This document shows positions 44,546 through 54,332 of a stretch of DNA of 64,000 nucleotides, in pieces. Both the position numbers and the translations under genes were made by a program. The notes under the pieces were generated by a model. The model was given only the letters and a program-made list of their open reading frames with translations. It made no database searches and was not told the origin of the DNA. This DNA is from Rhodospirillaceae bacterium (GTDB lineage Bacteria; Pseudomonadota; Gammaproteobacteria; Steroidobacterales; Rariloculaceae). The stretch lies in assembly GCA_024638465.1 (NCBI GenBank), contig JAHEKF010000006.1, positions 10,777-74,776 of the forward strand, given 5' to 3'. The stretch's first letter is position 1. Every line of letters starts with the position of its first letter.

Positions 44546-45370
44546 ATGAAACCGAAAGCGCTACCAATCACGCGTCTTATCGTGTTTCTGATAAGCATTC
44601 AGTGCGGGACGCTGTCGGCTCAGGTCGCGGAGGACGAGGCGCTCGTCGAAGCGCTTGCGTCGACGGGAGAGATTCGCGCCGCATTTCTCGGCGCCAACCC
44701 CGTGCAGATCCAGATCGATTTGCAGACCGGTGAGATCGGCGGACCTGCTGCCGACGTTGCCAGGGAGATCGCGCGCCGGCTCGGCACTGCGCTATCCATT
44801 CAACCGCTCTCGGGTGTACCCGCAGTCATCGAAGCCGTCAGCAGCGGCTCCGCAGACATCGGCTTTATCGCTTACGACACCACTCGCGCGCAGCGTGTTT
44901 CGTTCACTCAGGCCTATATCTACGGTCACAACAGCTATATCGTCCGTACGGACTCCGCGCTGCGGAGCTTCGCCGACGTCGATCGTGAAGGCATGCGTAT
45001 CGCGGCGATCTCCGGTAACGCTGTCGATTTGCACCTCGGACGTACACTCGAAAATGCTGAACTGGTTCATCTGGCCAGAGGGACGCAGGACGAGGAAGCG
45101 GCCAGGATGATTCTCGCCGGAGAAATCGATGCTTACGCCGCGAACAAGCAACGTCTCGCCGCAGTCATCGCCGTAGAACCTCGCGTTCGCGTACTCGACG
45201 GAAGCGTTCTTCCGGTGGAACAGTCAATCGTGGTTGCACACGAAAACGCGGACTTGCTGCCGCCACTGAACCTGTTGATCGACGAGCTTCGAACTTCCGG
45301 TGTTCTGCAGGAGATCGTTGATCGATATAGCATCGCCGGCGTTGAAGTCGCGCCGGGCGGCGGACGCTAG
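44546..45370 (+). CDS. periplasmic substrate-binding protein, family 3 (PBP2-type), orphan
   Basis: Has a signal peptide and a two-lobe SBP pattern (ADIGFIAYDTTRAQRVSF...; IDAYAANK). No permease or ATPase gene is adjacent. Confidence 0.7.
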   Translation: MKPKALPITRLIVFLISIQCGTLSAQVAEDEALVEALASTGEIRAAFLGANPVQIQIDLQTGEIGGPAADVAREIARRLGTALSIQPLSGVPAVIEAVSSGSADIGFIAYDTTRAQRVSFTQAYIYGHNSYIVRTDSALRSFADVDREGMRIAAISGNAVDLHLGRTLENAELVHLARGTQDEEAARMILAGEIDAYAANKQRLAAVIAVEPRVRVLDGSVLPVEQSIVVAHENADLLPPLNLLIDELRTSGVLQEIVDRYSIAGVEVAPGGGR

Positions 45371-45381
45371 ACCCGGTCTGA

Positions 45382-45573
45382 ATGCTGCCGAGCGAAGTAA
45401 TCGACTGTCCCTATTGTGGCGAGACGATCGAAGTGGTCATTGACGATTCTGTTGATCAGCAGGAATACGTGGAAGACTGTTCGGTTTGCTGCCGGCCAAT
45501 CAACATAGCCACTTCGGTCGATCATCGAGGCGAGGTCAGCGTACGCTGCTGGACCGATACCGAGATCTTTTAG
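45382..45573 (+). CDS. CPXCG-motif cysteine-rich small protein
   Basis: 63 aa containing CPYCGE...CSVCCRP, which matches the family name pattern. Confidence 0.75.
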   Translation: MLPSEVIDCPYCGETIEVVIDDSVDQQEYVEDCSVCCRPINIATSVDHRGEVSVRCWTDTEIF

Positions 45574-45959
45574 GCCTGCGGCTGGAGGCGGCGAACTTCA
45601 TTGAAGTTCGACCAATGCGCGCCGGCGAGAATCAGGCTGCCGACGACACTAATGACAATTTCGAGGTATTCGGGCCAGGTGCCGTGACCCGTTAACGCCG
45701 CGACCGTCAGCAGGCTCATACCAACGAGGCCGAAACTGGCAATTTCCGGTCGTCGATGGCCGCGAAAACCGAGATAGAACCCGAGCAAACTCGTCGGTAG
45801 CACGACCCATAGCATGAACCAGTGGAAATGCGCATCTCCTCCGAAACGAACGGCAGCCAGCGGCAGCGTTGCGACGAGCAGCGTCACGGCCAGGCAATGT
45901 GCAAGGCAGATGGCTGATAGCGCGATCGCGAGCCGGTCGAGTTGCCGGGAGGGGCTCAT
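45570..45959 (-). CDS. MerC-domain membrane protein
   Basis: [19 protein letters not shown] is the MerC-type N-terminal Cys pair within TM1. Four TM helices. 129 aa. Confidence 0.75.
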   Translation of the reverse strand: MSPSRQLDRLAIALSAICLAHCLAVTLLVATLPLAAVRFGGDAHFHWFMLWVVLPTSLLGFYLGFRGHRRPEIASFGLVGMSLLTVAALTGHGTWPEYLEIVISVVGSLILAGAHWSNFNEVRRLQPQA

Positions 45960-46142
45960 GGTCGATAGGGAACTAGCGTGGTTGGCCGAAACGTGGCGGG
46001 CAAGGATACCGCAGTGCGCTCAGGGTCGCTATCGCCAGCCTCCGGGTTGTGCGGCCATGACGCTGGCGCCTTCAGCGCACGCTCGCTAACATCGCCGCTC
46101 GGAGATGGAACCGACAAGCAGCCAGGCGGAGCACACTGGGCC

Positions 46143-46904
46143 ATGGAATTGAAAAGCAAGACCGTAATCATTACAGGCGCAGCGCGCGGACTGGGTGCCG
46201 CCATTGCACAGGGACTGGCTAGCCAGGGAGCCGATCTCGCACTGGTAGACCTCGACACCGACTCACTGAATGCAACACAGAATGCGTGTGAACAGCTCGG
46301 CGTGGTCTCGCGTCGCTATGCGGCGAACGTCGCAGATGAATCGCAAGTCGTCTCCTGCGTGAGCCAGATCGCGGAGGACTTCGGACGTATCGACGGGCTC
46401 GTCAATAACGCCGGAATTCTCCGCGACGGCTTGCTCGTAAAAGCCAAGGACGACGAGATCGCAAGCAAAATGAGTCTCGATGACTGGCAAGCCGTCATCG
46501 ACGTCAACCTCACGGGTGTGTTCCTGTTTGGTCGCGAAGCGGCCGAACGAATGATTTTGTTCGGCGATGGCGGCTGCATCGTCAATATCTCGAGCATTTC
46601 CCGCTTCGGTAATTTCGGCCAGAGCAATTACTCCGCGGCAAAAGCCGGTGTAGCCGCACTGACTGTAGTGTGGTCGAAGGAACTCGCGCGTCACGGAATT
46701 CGCGTCAATGCAATCGCGCCGGGATTCGTTAATACGGAAATGGTCGCCAGCATGAAACCTGAAGTTCTCGAGCGCGCGAAGTCGCATATTCCACTCGGCC
46801 GGCTTTGCGAGCCTGACGAGATCGCGCACGCAGCGATCTTTCTGTTCGAGAACGACTACATGGATGGTCGCGTCATCGAAATCGACGGGGCACAGCGACT
46901 CTGA
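46143..46904 (+). CDS. short-chain dehydrogenase/reductase (FabG-like)
   Basis: Starts at ATG 46143 (MELKSKTVIITGAARGLG, i.e. TGxxxGxG). Also has NNAG and YSAAK (YxxxK). The track ORF from 45978 is over-extended. Confidence 0.88.
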   Translation: MELKSKTVIITGAARGLGAAIAQGLASQGADLALVDLDTDSLNATQNACEQLGVVSRRYAANVADESQVVSCVSQIAEDFGRIDGLVNNAGILRDGLLVKAKDDEIASKMSLDDWQAVIDVNLTGVFLFGREAAERMILFGDGGCIVNISSISRFGNFGQSNYSAAKAGVAALTVVWSKELARHGIRVNAIAPGFVNTEMVASMKPEVLERAKSHIPLGRLCEPDEIAHAAIFLFENDYMDGRVIEIDGAQRL

Positions 46905-46910
46905 TCGAAT

Positions 46911-46943
46911 AAGAAAACGCCGCGGCCCCTGGAGACCGCGGCG
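46911..46943 (-). terminator. rho-independent terminator of glnK-amtB
   Basis: The minus strand reads CGCCGCGG-tctccagggg-CCGCGGCG followed by TTTTCTT, 22 nt after the amtB stop. Confidence 0.8.
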
Positions 46944-46964
46944 TCCAATCGTACTAGACCGATT

Positions 46965-48212
46965 TTATTCCGGCGCAGACGTGAATTCGGGATAGGCCTC
47001 CAGGCCACATTCCCCGACGTCCACACCTTCGTACTCTTCCTCTTCCGAGACCCGGATTCCCAGAATGGCTTTCAGTATCGTCCAGACGACCAGGCTCGTT
47101 ACGAACACCCAGACGAAAATCGCCGCGATACCAAGCAGCTGGGCGCCGAACGAAGCATCGGAATTCGTCAGGGGAACCGCCAGCAGCCCCCAGATTCCGA
47201 CGACACCGTGCACCGATATCGCACCGACCGGGTCGTCAATCTTGAACATTCGGTCCATGAAGACGATTGACGGCACGACGATCAACCCACCAACGCCACC
47301 GATCAACGTCGCGGCCAGCGGCGCCGGCGTTAGCGGTTCCGCCGTAATCGCAACCAGACCGGCGAGCGCGCCGTTCAGCGCCATCGTGAGATCGGCCTTG
47401 CCGAACCACAGCTGCGACAGCAGAAGCGCGGCGACAAGCCCGCCCGCGGCGGCCATGTTCGTGTTGACGATGACCAATGACACGGCGTTGGCTTCGTCGA
47501 CGTTCGAGATCATGAGCTCCGAGCCGCCATTGAAACCGAACCAGCCCAACCAGAGGATCAGCGTGCCAAGAGCCGACAGAGGAAGGTTCGCACCCGGTAT
47601 CGCCCGAACCTCACCAGCCGGACCATACTTGCCTTTTCGTGCCCCGAGCAGCAGTACACCCGCGAGAGCGGCTGCCGCACCACACATGTGCACGACACCG
47701 GAGCCGGCGAAATCGGAGAAGCCGGCCGCGTCGAGCCAGCCGCCGCCCCATTTCCAGTAGCCCTGGATCGGATAGATGAATCCGGTAAGGACAACTGCGA
47801 AGGCGAAGAACGACCAGAGCTTCATGCGCTCAGCGACCGCACCAGACACGATCGACATCGCAGTCGCAACAAACACGACCTGGAAGAAGAAGTCTGACAA
47901 CCCGGAATAGTAAGGCGCGTCGTCACCGCCGGCGATCACATCGGCGGCAGCGTTGTCGGCACTCGTCAACATACTGATGCCAGGAATGAAGCCGTTGCCA
48001 TCGCCGTACATGATGCCGTAGCCGCAAACCATGTACATGATGCAGGCAATCGAATAAAGGCCGACGTTCTTCGTCAGAATTTCGGCGGTGTTTTTCGCGC
48101 GTACCAGACCAGCTTCCAGCATCGTGAAGCCGGCCGCCATCCACATGACGAGCGCACCCATCACGAGAAAGTAGAAGGTGTCCAGCGCGTAACTGAGTTC
48201 TGCAATTTCCAT
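46965..48212 (-). CDS. amtB: ammonium transporter
   Basis: 415 aa with 11-12 TM helices and Amt signatures (DFAGSGVVHM, AISVHGVVGIWG). It lies downstream of glnK. Confidence 0.95.
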   Translation of the reverse strand: MEIAELSYALDTFYFLVMGALVMWMAAGFTMLEAGLVRAKNTAEILTKNVGLYSIACIMYMVCGYGIMYGDGNGFIPGISMLTSADNAAADVIAGGDDAPYYSGLSDFFFQVVFVATAMSIVSGAVAERMKLWSFFAFAVVLTGFIYPIQGYWKWGGGWLDAAGFSDFAGSGVVHMCGAAAALAGVLLLGARKGKYGPAGEVRAIPGANLPLSALGTLILWLGWFGFNGGSELMISNVDEANAVSLVIVNTNMAAAGGLVAALLLSQLWFGKADLTMALNGALAGLVAITAEPLTPAPLAATLIGGVGGLIVVPSIVFMDRMFKIDDPVGAISVHGVVGIWGLLAVPLTNSDASFGAQLLGIAAIFVWVFVTSLVVWTILKAILGIRVSEEEEYEGVDVGECGLEAYPEFTSAPE

Positions 48213-48230
48213 TGTTATCTCCTTTCTGCC

Positions 48231-48695
<465 letters not shown>

Positions 48696-48730
48696 TTAAT
48701 GAACTTGAAGGTCGCTGGACCGAGCGCAAC

Positions 48731-48747
48731 CGCACTAAAATGGTGCC
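48731..48747. promoter_or_regulatory. NtrC-type upstream activator site
   Basis: CGCACTAAAATGGTGCC matches the dyad TGCACC-N5-GGTGCA. It lies about 70 nt upstream of the sigma-54 promoter, with an A/T-rich tract (48672-48695) in between. Confidence 0.65.
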
Positions 48748-48863
48748 GGGACGCACTAAATCCGGGCGCGCCGTAAGAGCGGGTCGCGAGAGCCGCGGGC
48801 AGATTTCCCTGCGCTCCACGGCGTCGTCTTCCGGGCTATGATGCAAATAAAAAAGGAGCCGCC

Positions 48864-49427
48864 ATGTTGACGATGACTTCGCTCTGGGCCGCCGTACTCA
48901 TCGCGGCGATCCTCACCTGGATCGCCTCAGCACTGATCTGGACCGTTCTTCCCTGGCACAAGAACGACTATTCGCGACTCCCCGACGAAGACCCGGCGCT
49001 CGCAAGCCTGCGTCCTCAGGGCTTGCTACCCGGGCAGTACCACTTCCCGTATATGGCGTCACCCGGCGACGTCAAGGATCCAGCCGTACGGGAGAAGCTC
49101 GAAGCGGGTCCGGCCGGGTTCATGACGGTGCTGCCGCGTGGCGTCCCGAATATGGGCAAGAGCATGGCGTTGAGCTTTGCGTTCAACCTCTTCGTCAGTG
49201 CGGCTGTTGCTTATGTTGCGTCGCGAACCATTGCCGCAACCGCAGACTATCTCGAGGTGTTTCGAGTCACGGGAACGGTCGCGTGGCTGGCCTACGGAAT
49301 GGCGGTCATACCTGACGCGATCTGGTTCGGACGCCCCTGGTCCATAGTGGCGAAGTACATCCTGGATGCGTTTATATACGGTTTGCTGACAGCCGGCGCG
49401 TTCGGCTGGCTCTGGCCCGCGATCTAG
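48864..49427 (+). CDS. hypothetical membrane protein
   Basis: 187 aa behind a strong Shine-Dalgarno (AAGGAG). It has an N-terminal TM helix plus 3 C-terminal TM helices. I recognised no family. Confidence 0.65.
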   Translation: MLTMTSLWAAVLIAAILTWIASALIWTVLPWHKNDYSRLPDEDPALASLRPQGLLPGQYHFPYMASPGDVKDPAVREKLEAGPAGFMTVLPRGVPNMGKSMALSFAFNLFVSAAVAYVASRTIAATADYLEVFRVTGTVAWLAYGMAVIPDAIWFGRPWSIVAKYILDAFIYGLLTAGAFGWLWPAI

Positions 49428-49744
49428 AAATCTTCGGGCGCGACCGTCAGGGTCAAACCATCAAGCTCGTCGCTCATCATGATCTGGCAACTCAGACGCG
49501 ATCGATCGGGATCGAAAGACGACAGGTGCCCGACAAGATCCTGCTCTTCGCTGCTACGCGTGCCGAGCTTTGCTGTCCAATCCGCGTCGATGAACACATG
49601 GCAGGTCGCGCAGGAACAAAGCCCGCCACAGATTGCGTCTACGCTCGCATCGAGATCGCGAATATTCTCCATGACGGAAATACCATTCGTCGCCTCGACT
49701 TCGAGTGCAACAGCATTGCGATTGGTGACATTGATTTTCGGCAC
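49424..49744 (-). CDS. [2Fe-2S] ferredoxin, adrenodoxin/putidaredoxin type
   Basis: CGGLCSCATCHVFID...LSCQI gives the C-x5-C-x2-C...C ligands. GTG 49744 yields (M)PKINVTN and 106 aa, as in homologues. The alternative is ATG 49810. Confidence 0.8.
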   Translation of the reverse strand: MPKINVTNRNAVALEVEATNGISVMENIRDLDASVDAICGGLCSCATCHVFIDADWTAKLGTRSSEEQDLVGHLSSFDPDRSRLSCQIMMSDELDGLTLTVAPEDF

Positions 49745-49840
49745 AAATTGGGATTCTTGCGAAGACGGGGCGGCACTATAGCAGAATGAACTCAGCAGAG
49801 AACGTAACATTGCGACGCCACTTCCGGTCTTGATTAGCAG

Positions 49841-50536
49841 ATGCCAGAAACTCAGCACATCCAACCGAGCTTAGAATCCTGCCTCGTTGTTTTTTTCAAG
49901 GCACCGGATCGCGCCAAGCGGCGGCTGGCAAACGAAATCGGCGACCTTGCGACACGCGCCGCGACGCACCTTTGGGACTGCATCGTGGAAGACGTGGACA
50001 GCTGGCGCGGCTCGGTTTGCTACGCGCCGGCGGAACTCAGCGATGCCGCCTGGCTGTCACGACAGCTGAATACGCCCCATGCGGCAGTTCTTCAGCACGG
50101 CCGCAATCTCGGCGAAAGAATCAACCATGTCGACCGGGTACTTCGCCACGGTGGCGAACGCAAGCTGATCTTCATCGGCACTGACTGCCCGGCGATGCAG
50201 CCGGAATATCTCGAGCGCGCCGATGCCTTGCTCGAAGACTTCGACGTGGTGCTGGGTCCTGCGGCGGACGGTGGCGTCGTCCTGATGGGAGCGCGCGCCG
50301 CGTGGCCGCCGCTAGCGGATCTGCCATGGAGTACCAACGCGCTGCACGAGGAGCTGAATCGTGCCTGCATGGCTCAGGGGAAGTCGGTCGTCGACCTCGA
50401 GCAACGCGCGGATGTCGACACGGTCGCCGAGTTACTCGCGGCGCGCAGAGATCTGGAAGACGACCGACGGCCTGCGCGGCGAGCGCTGTACAACTGGCTC
50501 AAGGAGCCGAATCCCGTCTGGACCGGACACTCCTGA
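49841..50536 (+). CDS. DUF2064/TIGR04282-type nucleotidyl/glycosyl-transferase-like protein ('rSAM/selenodomain-associated transferase 1')
   Basis: Contains CLVVFFKAPDRAKRRL...IFIGTDCPAM...VLGPAADGGVVLMG, the CofC/MobA-like fold pattern of DUF2064. The family assignment is from memory. Confidence 0.7.
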   Translation: MPETQHIQPSLESCLVVFFKAPDRAKRRLANEIGDLATRAATHLWDCIVEDVDSWRGSVCYAPAELSDAAWLSRQLNTPHAAVLQHGRNLGERINHVDRVLRHGGERKLIFIGTDCPAMQPEYLERADALLEDFDVVLGPAADGGVVLMGARAAWPPLADLPWSTNALHEELNRACMAQGKSVVDLEQRADVDTVAELLAARRDLEDDRRPARRALYNWLKEPNPVWTGHS

Positions 50537-51249
50537 TGCGAAATGCGAAACCGATTCTGCTCGCGATCATGGTGGTCGTCATGCTCACAGCCGTGGCATT
50601 GCTGCCTGTCGCGGATTGGCTCGCGATTGGCGTTACGTGGATCGAAGCGCATCGCACCCTCGCGTGGATCGCTTTTATAGCAACCTATATCGTGGCGACC
50701 GTGCTCGTCGTACCAGCCGCCATTCTCACTCTCGGTGCAGGGTTCGTGTTCGGGCTCCCACTCGGCGTTGTGCTCGTCTCCCTGGGTAGCGTACTGGGCG
50801 CTTCGGCGGCATTTCTCGTCGGCCGTTTTTTCGCCCGAGATTGGGTCGCCAGACATATAGAGGGATTGCCGCGCTTCCAGGCGCTGGACCGAGCCACGCA
50901 TCACGAGGGTTTCGTTATCGTTTTTCTCACGCGCCTTTCGCCCTTGTTTCCCTTCAATCTCATCAACTACGGCCTGGCGCTAACCAGCGTCAAGTTTCGG
51001 GACTATTTCTTCGCTTCCTGGATCGGCATGCTCCCGGTTACGATTCTGTACGTCTATATCGGCTCTCTGGCCAGTGAACTGGCGGAGCTGACCAGTGGCG
51101 AGGTGGGCGGCGGCATGGCAAGGACGGTATTTTTCATCGTCGGACTCCTCGCGACCGTCGTCCTGACCGTCGTGATTACGCGCAAGGCGACCAGGACGCT
51201 GGCCGAGCATCTAGCGGCGGAATCCGCGGCAGAGGACTCCCCGCCTTGA
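50536..51249 (+). CDS. TVP38/TMEM64 (DedA-related) family membrane protein
   Basis: The start ATG 50536 overlaps the preceding TGA (TGATG). It has 5-6 TM helices and the characteristic LTRLSPLFPFNLINYGLALT. The track ORF from 50302 is over-extended. Confidence 0.85.
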   Translation: MRNAKPILLAIMVVVMLTAVALLPVADWLAIGVTWIEAHRTLAWIAFIATYIVATVLVVPAAILTLGAGFVFGLPLGVVLVSLGSVLGASAAFLVGRFFARDWVARHIEGLPRFQALDRATHHEGFVIVFLTRLSPLFPFNLINYGLALTSVKFRDYFFASWIGMLPVTILYVYIGSLASELAELTSGEVGGGMARTVFFIVGLLATVVLTVVITRKATRTLAEHLAAESAAEDSPP

Positions 51250-52697
51250 GTCTGCAATATCCGGGAAGTGAGTTCGACGATGTCTGGCGAAAGCTGACGT
51301 TTCCTGACGACCACGTCAATCCGGTACCGCAATCGCGCTACCACCTGGTCGTTATCGGCGCCGGATCGGCCGGGTTGATTTCCGCCATCGGCGCCGCAGG
51401 ACTCGGCGCGCGCGTCGCACTCGTCGAGCGGGACGCAATGGGCGGCGATTGTCTGAACATCGGCTGTGTGCCGTCCAAAGCACTTCTCGAATACACACGC
51501 AGGCACGAAACGCCTGTGAGCTTCGATGATGCCTATCGCTGGCTGCGGCGGGTCCGATCGGAAATTTCGGCGCACGACTCGGTCGAGCGCTACAGGACCG
51601 CCGGCGTCGATGTCTTTCTGGGAAACGCCCGACTCGAAGACGACGGTACGGTCGTCGTCGGAGACAGCCGCCTCAATGCGCGACGAATCGTCATTGCCAC
51701 CGGCGCTCGCGCATCCCTGCCGCCAATTCCGGGCCTGAGCGACACCGAGCCACTGACGAACGAGACACTGTTCGATCTCAAATCGCCGCCGTCGGCACTC
51801 GCCATACTGGGCGCCGGCGCGATCGGTTGCGAAATGGCACAGGCGTTCGCGCGACTCGGCGTCGACGTCCAGCTTTTCGAAATGGCAGAGCGTGTTTTAC
51901 CGCTCGAGGAGGAAGAAGCGAGCACGGCTGTGGAATCGGCACTGAAGCGCGCCGGTGTCACGCTGCATCTAAACGCTGCTGTCACTTCCGCGGCGCGTAA
52001 TGAGGCCGGCGTGACGCTACGGACAGACGACCTCCAGATAACGACCGACCAGGTTCTGGTGGCCGCGGGGCGTCGTGCAAATACCGAAGGTCTCGGGCTG
52101 GAGGCCGCCGGCGTCGCCATCGAAGACGGTCTGGTCAAGGTCGACGCGAAGATGCGTACGACCAACAACAAGATCTTCGCCGCGGGTGACATCTGCTCGA
52201 AGGCCCAGTTCACCCACAATGCGGATGCTCAAGCGAGGATCGTCGTACAGAACGCATTGTTCGCTGCCACTGCGAGCGCCGACAAGCTCATCATTCCTCA
52301 CTGCACCTACACCAAACCGGAAGTCGCGCACGTCGGTCGCAGCCGCCGGGATCTGGCTGCCGATAATACGGATTTCGACGTTTACCGCGTCAACCTCGGT
52401 GAGCTCGATCGTAGTCGTACGGCAGGAGATACCGATGGCTATGTCGAAGTACTGACGCGAAAAGGCCGCGACGGCATCCTCGGTGCGACGATCGTCGCGC
52501 ACGACGCCGGCGACCAGATAGCCGCTCTGTGTCTGGCGATGGCTCATGGCATCGGGCTCGCCGGTTTCGGCAAAGCGGTACTGCCCTATCCCACTCGCGC
52601 GGAGTACTTGCGCCGACTGGCCGACGCCTATAATCGGACACGCCTCACGGATCGCACGAAAGCGCTGATGTCCCACTGGTTTCGCTGGAGCGCATGA
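51246..52697 (+). CDS. pyridine nucleotide-disulfide oxidoreductase, class I (mercuric reductase/dihydrolipoamide dehydrogenase-like, no NmerA)
   Basis: Contains VVIGAGSAGL (FAD), the redox-active disulfide GGDCLNIGCVPSK, LAILGAGAIGCE (NAD(P)H) and a C-terminal dimerisation domain. TTGA overlap with the upstream gene. Confidence 0.85.
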   Translation: MSLQYPGSEFDDVWRKLTFPDDHVNPVPQSRYHLVVIGAGSAGLISAIGAAGLGARVALVERDAMGGDCLNIGCVPSKALLEYTRRHETPVSFDDAYRWLRRVRSEISAHDSVERYRTAGVDVFLGNARLEDDGTVVVGDSRLNARRIVIATGARASLPPIPGLSDTEPLTNETLFDLKSPPSALAILGAGAIGCEMAQAFARLGVDVQLFEMAERVLPLEEEEASTAVESALKRAGVTLHLNAAVTSAARNEAGVTLRTDDLQITTDQVLVAAGRRANTEGLGLEAAGVAIEDGLVKVDAKMRTTNNKIFAAGDICSKAQFTHNADAQARIVVQNALFAATASADKLIIPHCTYTKPEVAHVGRSRRDLAADNTDFDVYRVNLGELDRSRTAGDTDGYVEVLTRKGRDGILGATIVAHDAGDQIAALCLAMAHGIGLAGFGKAVLPYPTRAEYLRRLADAYNRTRLTDRTKALMSHWFRWSA

Positions 52698-53413
52698 TGC
52701 CCGCTCACGCCGTATCGATAATCGTTCCGGTGCTGGCCGATTCGGCCGCGCTAGCTGCGCTGGTAGCGCGAATTCGGAAGTGGCCCGAGCAGCCCGCCGA
52801 AATTCTGGTCGTCTCCGCCGGGCCGAACAGGGAACTGCAGGAACGCTGCAGTGCGCTTCGATGCGGCTTTCTGGAATCAACCCGCTGCCGCGGCGTTCAG
52901 CTCGATGCCGGAGCTCGGGCGGCGAGCGCGGATATTCTCTGGTTCATGCATGCCGATGCAGGACCGCATCGCGACAGTCTCGGTGCGATCGCTGCCGCAA
53001 TCGACGCAGGTGCGATCGGCGGGTTCTTCCGCTTCAGGCTCGGCGGGCGGGCGGCGTGGTGGAAAGCACTGCTCGATCGATTGACAGGTCTGCGGGTTCG
53101 GCTTGGCGGCATCCCGTATGGGGATCAGGGTCTGTTCGTCGCACGGGCAGCCTACGAAATCTCGGGCGGTTTCGCTCCGCAACCGCTCTTCGAGGAGGTA
53201 GCGCTCGTCAAATCGTTGCGTCGGCAGGGGCACTTTCGCGCGCTTTCACTGCCCATAGAGGTAGACGCACGACGCTGGGAGCGCGACGGCTGGTTGTCGC
53301 GAAGCCTGAGCAACCGGATGCTTGCGCTTCGATACAGTCTCGGCTCGTCCGCCGAGAACCTCGCCGAGCACTATGACAGGGTAGCAGTGACTGACAGGAA
53401 AGCGACATCGTGA
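52694..53413 (+). CDS. GT2-like glycosyltransferase, TIGR04283 type ('rSAM/selenodomain-associated transferase 2')
   Basis: Contains VSIIVPVLADS (GT-A N-terminus), ILWFMHADA and PYGDQGLFV. ATGA overlap with the upstream gene. The family assignment is from memory. Confidence 0.7.
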   Translation: MMPAHAVSIIVPVLADSAALAALVARIRKWPEQPAEILVVSAGPNRELQERCSALRCGFLESTRCRGVQLDAGARAASADILWFMHADAGPHRDSLGAIAAAIDAGAIGGFFRFRLGGRAAWWKALLDRLTGLRVRLGGIPYGDQGLFVARAAYEISGGFAPQPLFEEVALVKSLRRQGHFRALSLPIEVDARRWERDGWLSRSLSNRMLALRYSLGSSAENLAEHYDRVAVTDRKATS

Positions 53414-54315
53414 GCGCAGCAGATCCGTTGACCCACACACCGGACGCTGAACCGCGGGGCTATATCGATCCCGGCGCGCTGCGCGAACTTTGGTTCCATA
53501 CCGGGACGGCTTGTAACCTCGATTGCCCTTTCTGTCTCGAAGGATCGAAACCCGGGGACACTCGACTCGACAGGATCAGGCTAGACGACGCACGGCCGCT
53601 GATCGACGAGGCCGTCGAACTCGGCGTCGAACAATTCTCGTTTACAGGCGGTGAGCCATTCATCGTCAAAGACTTCGTCAACATTCTGCAATACGCGTCG
53701 GAGACAAAGCCCTGCCTTGTATTGACGAACGGCACGGACGTGGTCTTGAAACGCATGCGGCAGATCGAGACGCTGACAGATCAGCCTAATCCGATCGCAT
53801 TTCGGGTCAGCATCGATTTTCCGGATGAGTCACGCCATGAAGCCGCTCGCGGAGCGGGCAACTTCGCGAAATCCTGGCTGTGTCTCTCGGAGCTTCACGC
53901 GCGCGGATTCAAAGTCTCGATCGCGCGTCAGATCGGTTCGGACGAAGACGAGAAATCCGTAACGGCAGCCTACAAAGCGCTGTTCCGAACGTACGGCCTG
54001 CCCGAGGACACGACAATCGTGTCTTTTCCCGATTTTCTCACGCCCGGCTGTCATCCACAGGTGCCGCATATCACGGAACACTGCATGACGACTTACCATA
54101 CGGAGGAATCTCGCGCGGCGTTTATGTGCGCTTTCTCCAAGATGATTATCAAGAAGAGTGGCCGCATGCGCGTCTACGCATGCACGCTCGTTGACGACGA
54201 CGAGACCTATGACCTGGGCGGTACGCTGGCGGAGAGCCTCGGGAAACGCGTCATGATGCGCCACCACCGCTGCTACAGCTGCTTCGCGTTCGGCTCTTCC
54301 TGCAGCGAACTCTGA
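53410..54315 (+). CDS. radical SAM protein with C-terminal Cys-rich domain (ArsS/TIGR04167-like)
   Basis: Contains the CxxxCxxC motif TACNLDCPFC, FTGGEPF, and the C-terminal CMTTY...MCAFSKM...YACTL...HHRCYSCFAFGSSCSEL. GTGA overlap with the upstream gene. Confidence 0.75.
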   Translation: MSAADPLTHTPDAEPRGYIDPGALRELWFHTGTACNLDCPFCLEGSKPGDTRLDRIRLDDARPLIDEAVELGVEQFSFTGGEPFIVKDFVNILQYASETKPCLVLTNGTDVVLKRMRQIETLTDQPNPIAFRVSIDFPDESRHEAARGAGNFAKSWLCLSELHARGFKVSIARQIGSDEDEKSVTAAYKALFRTYGLPEDTTIVSFPDFLTPGCHPQVPHITEHCMTTYHTEESRAAFMCAFSKMIIKKSGRMRVYACTLVDDDETYDLGGTLAESLGKRVMMRHHRCYSCFAFGSSCSEL

Positions 54316-54332
54316 GACGAGCGGGGAAGCGC

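Noticed and set aside
54313-54315. The TGA stop of the radical SAM/Cys-rich gene as a possible selenocysteine codon, since some family members are selenoproteins.
   Set aside because: The Cys-rich tail (…CYSCFAFGSSC) is already complete with Cys. The downstream open frame is just the antisense of the convergent TonB-like gene. No SECIS-like hairpin is evident beyond a 5-bp stem.
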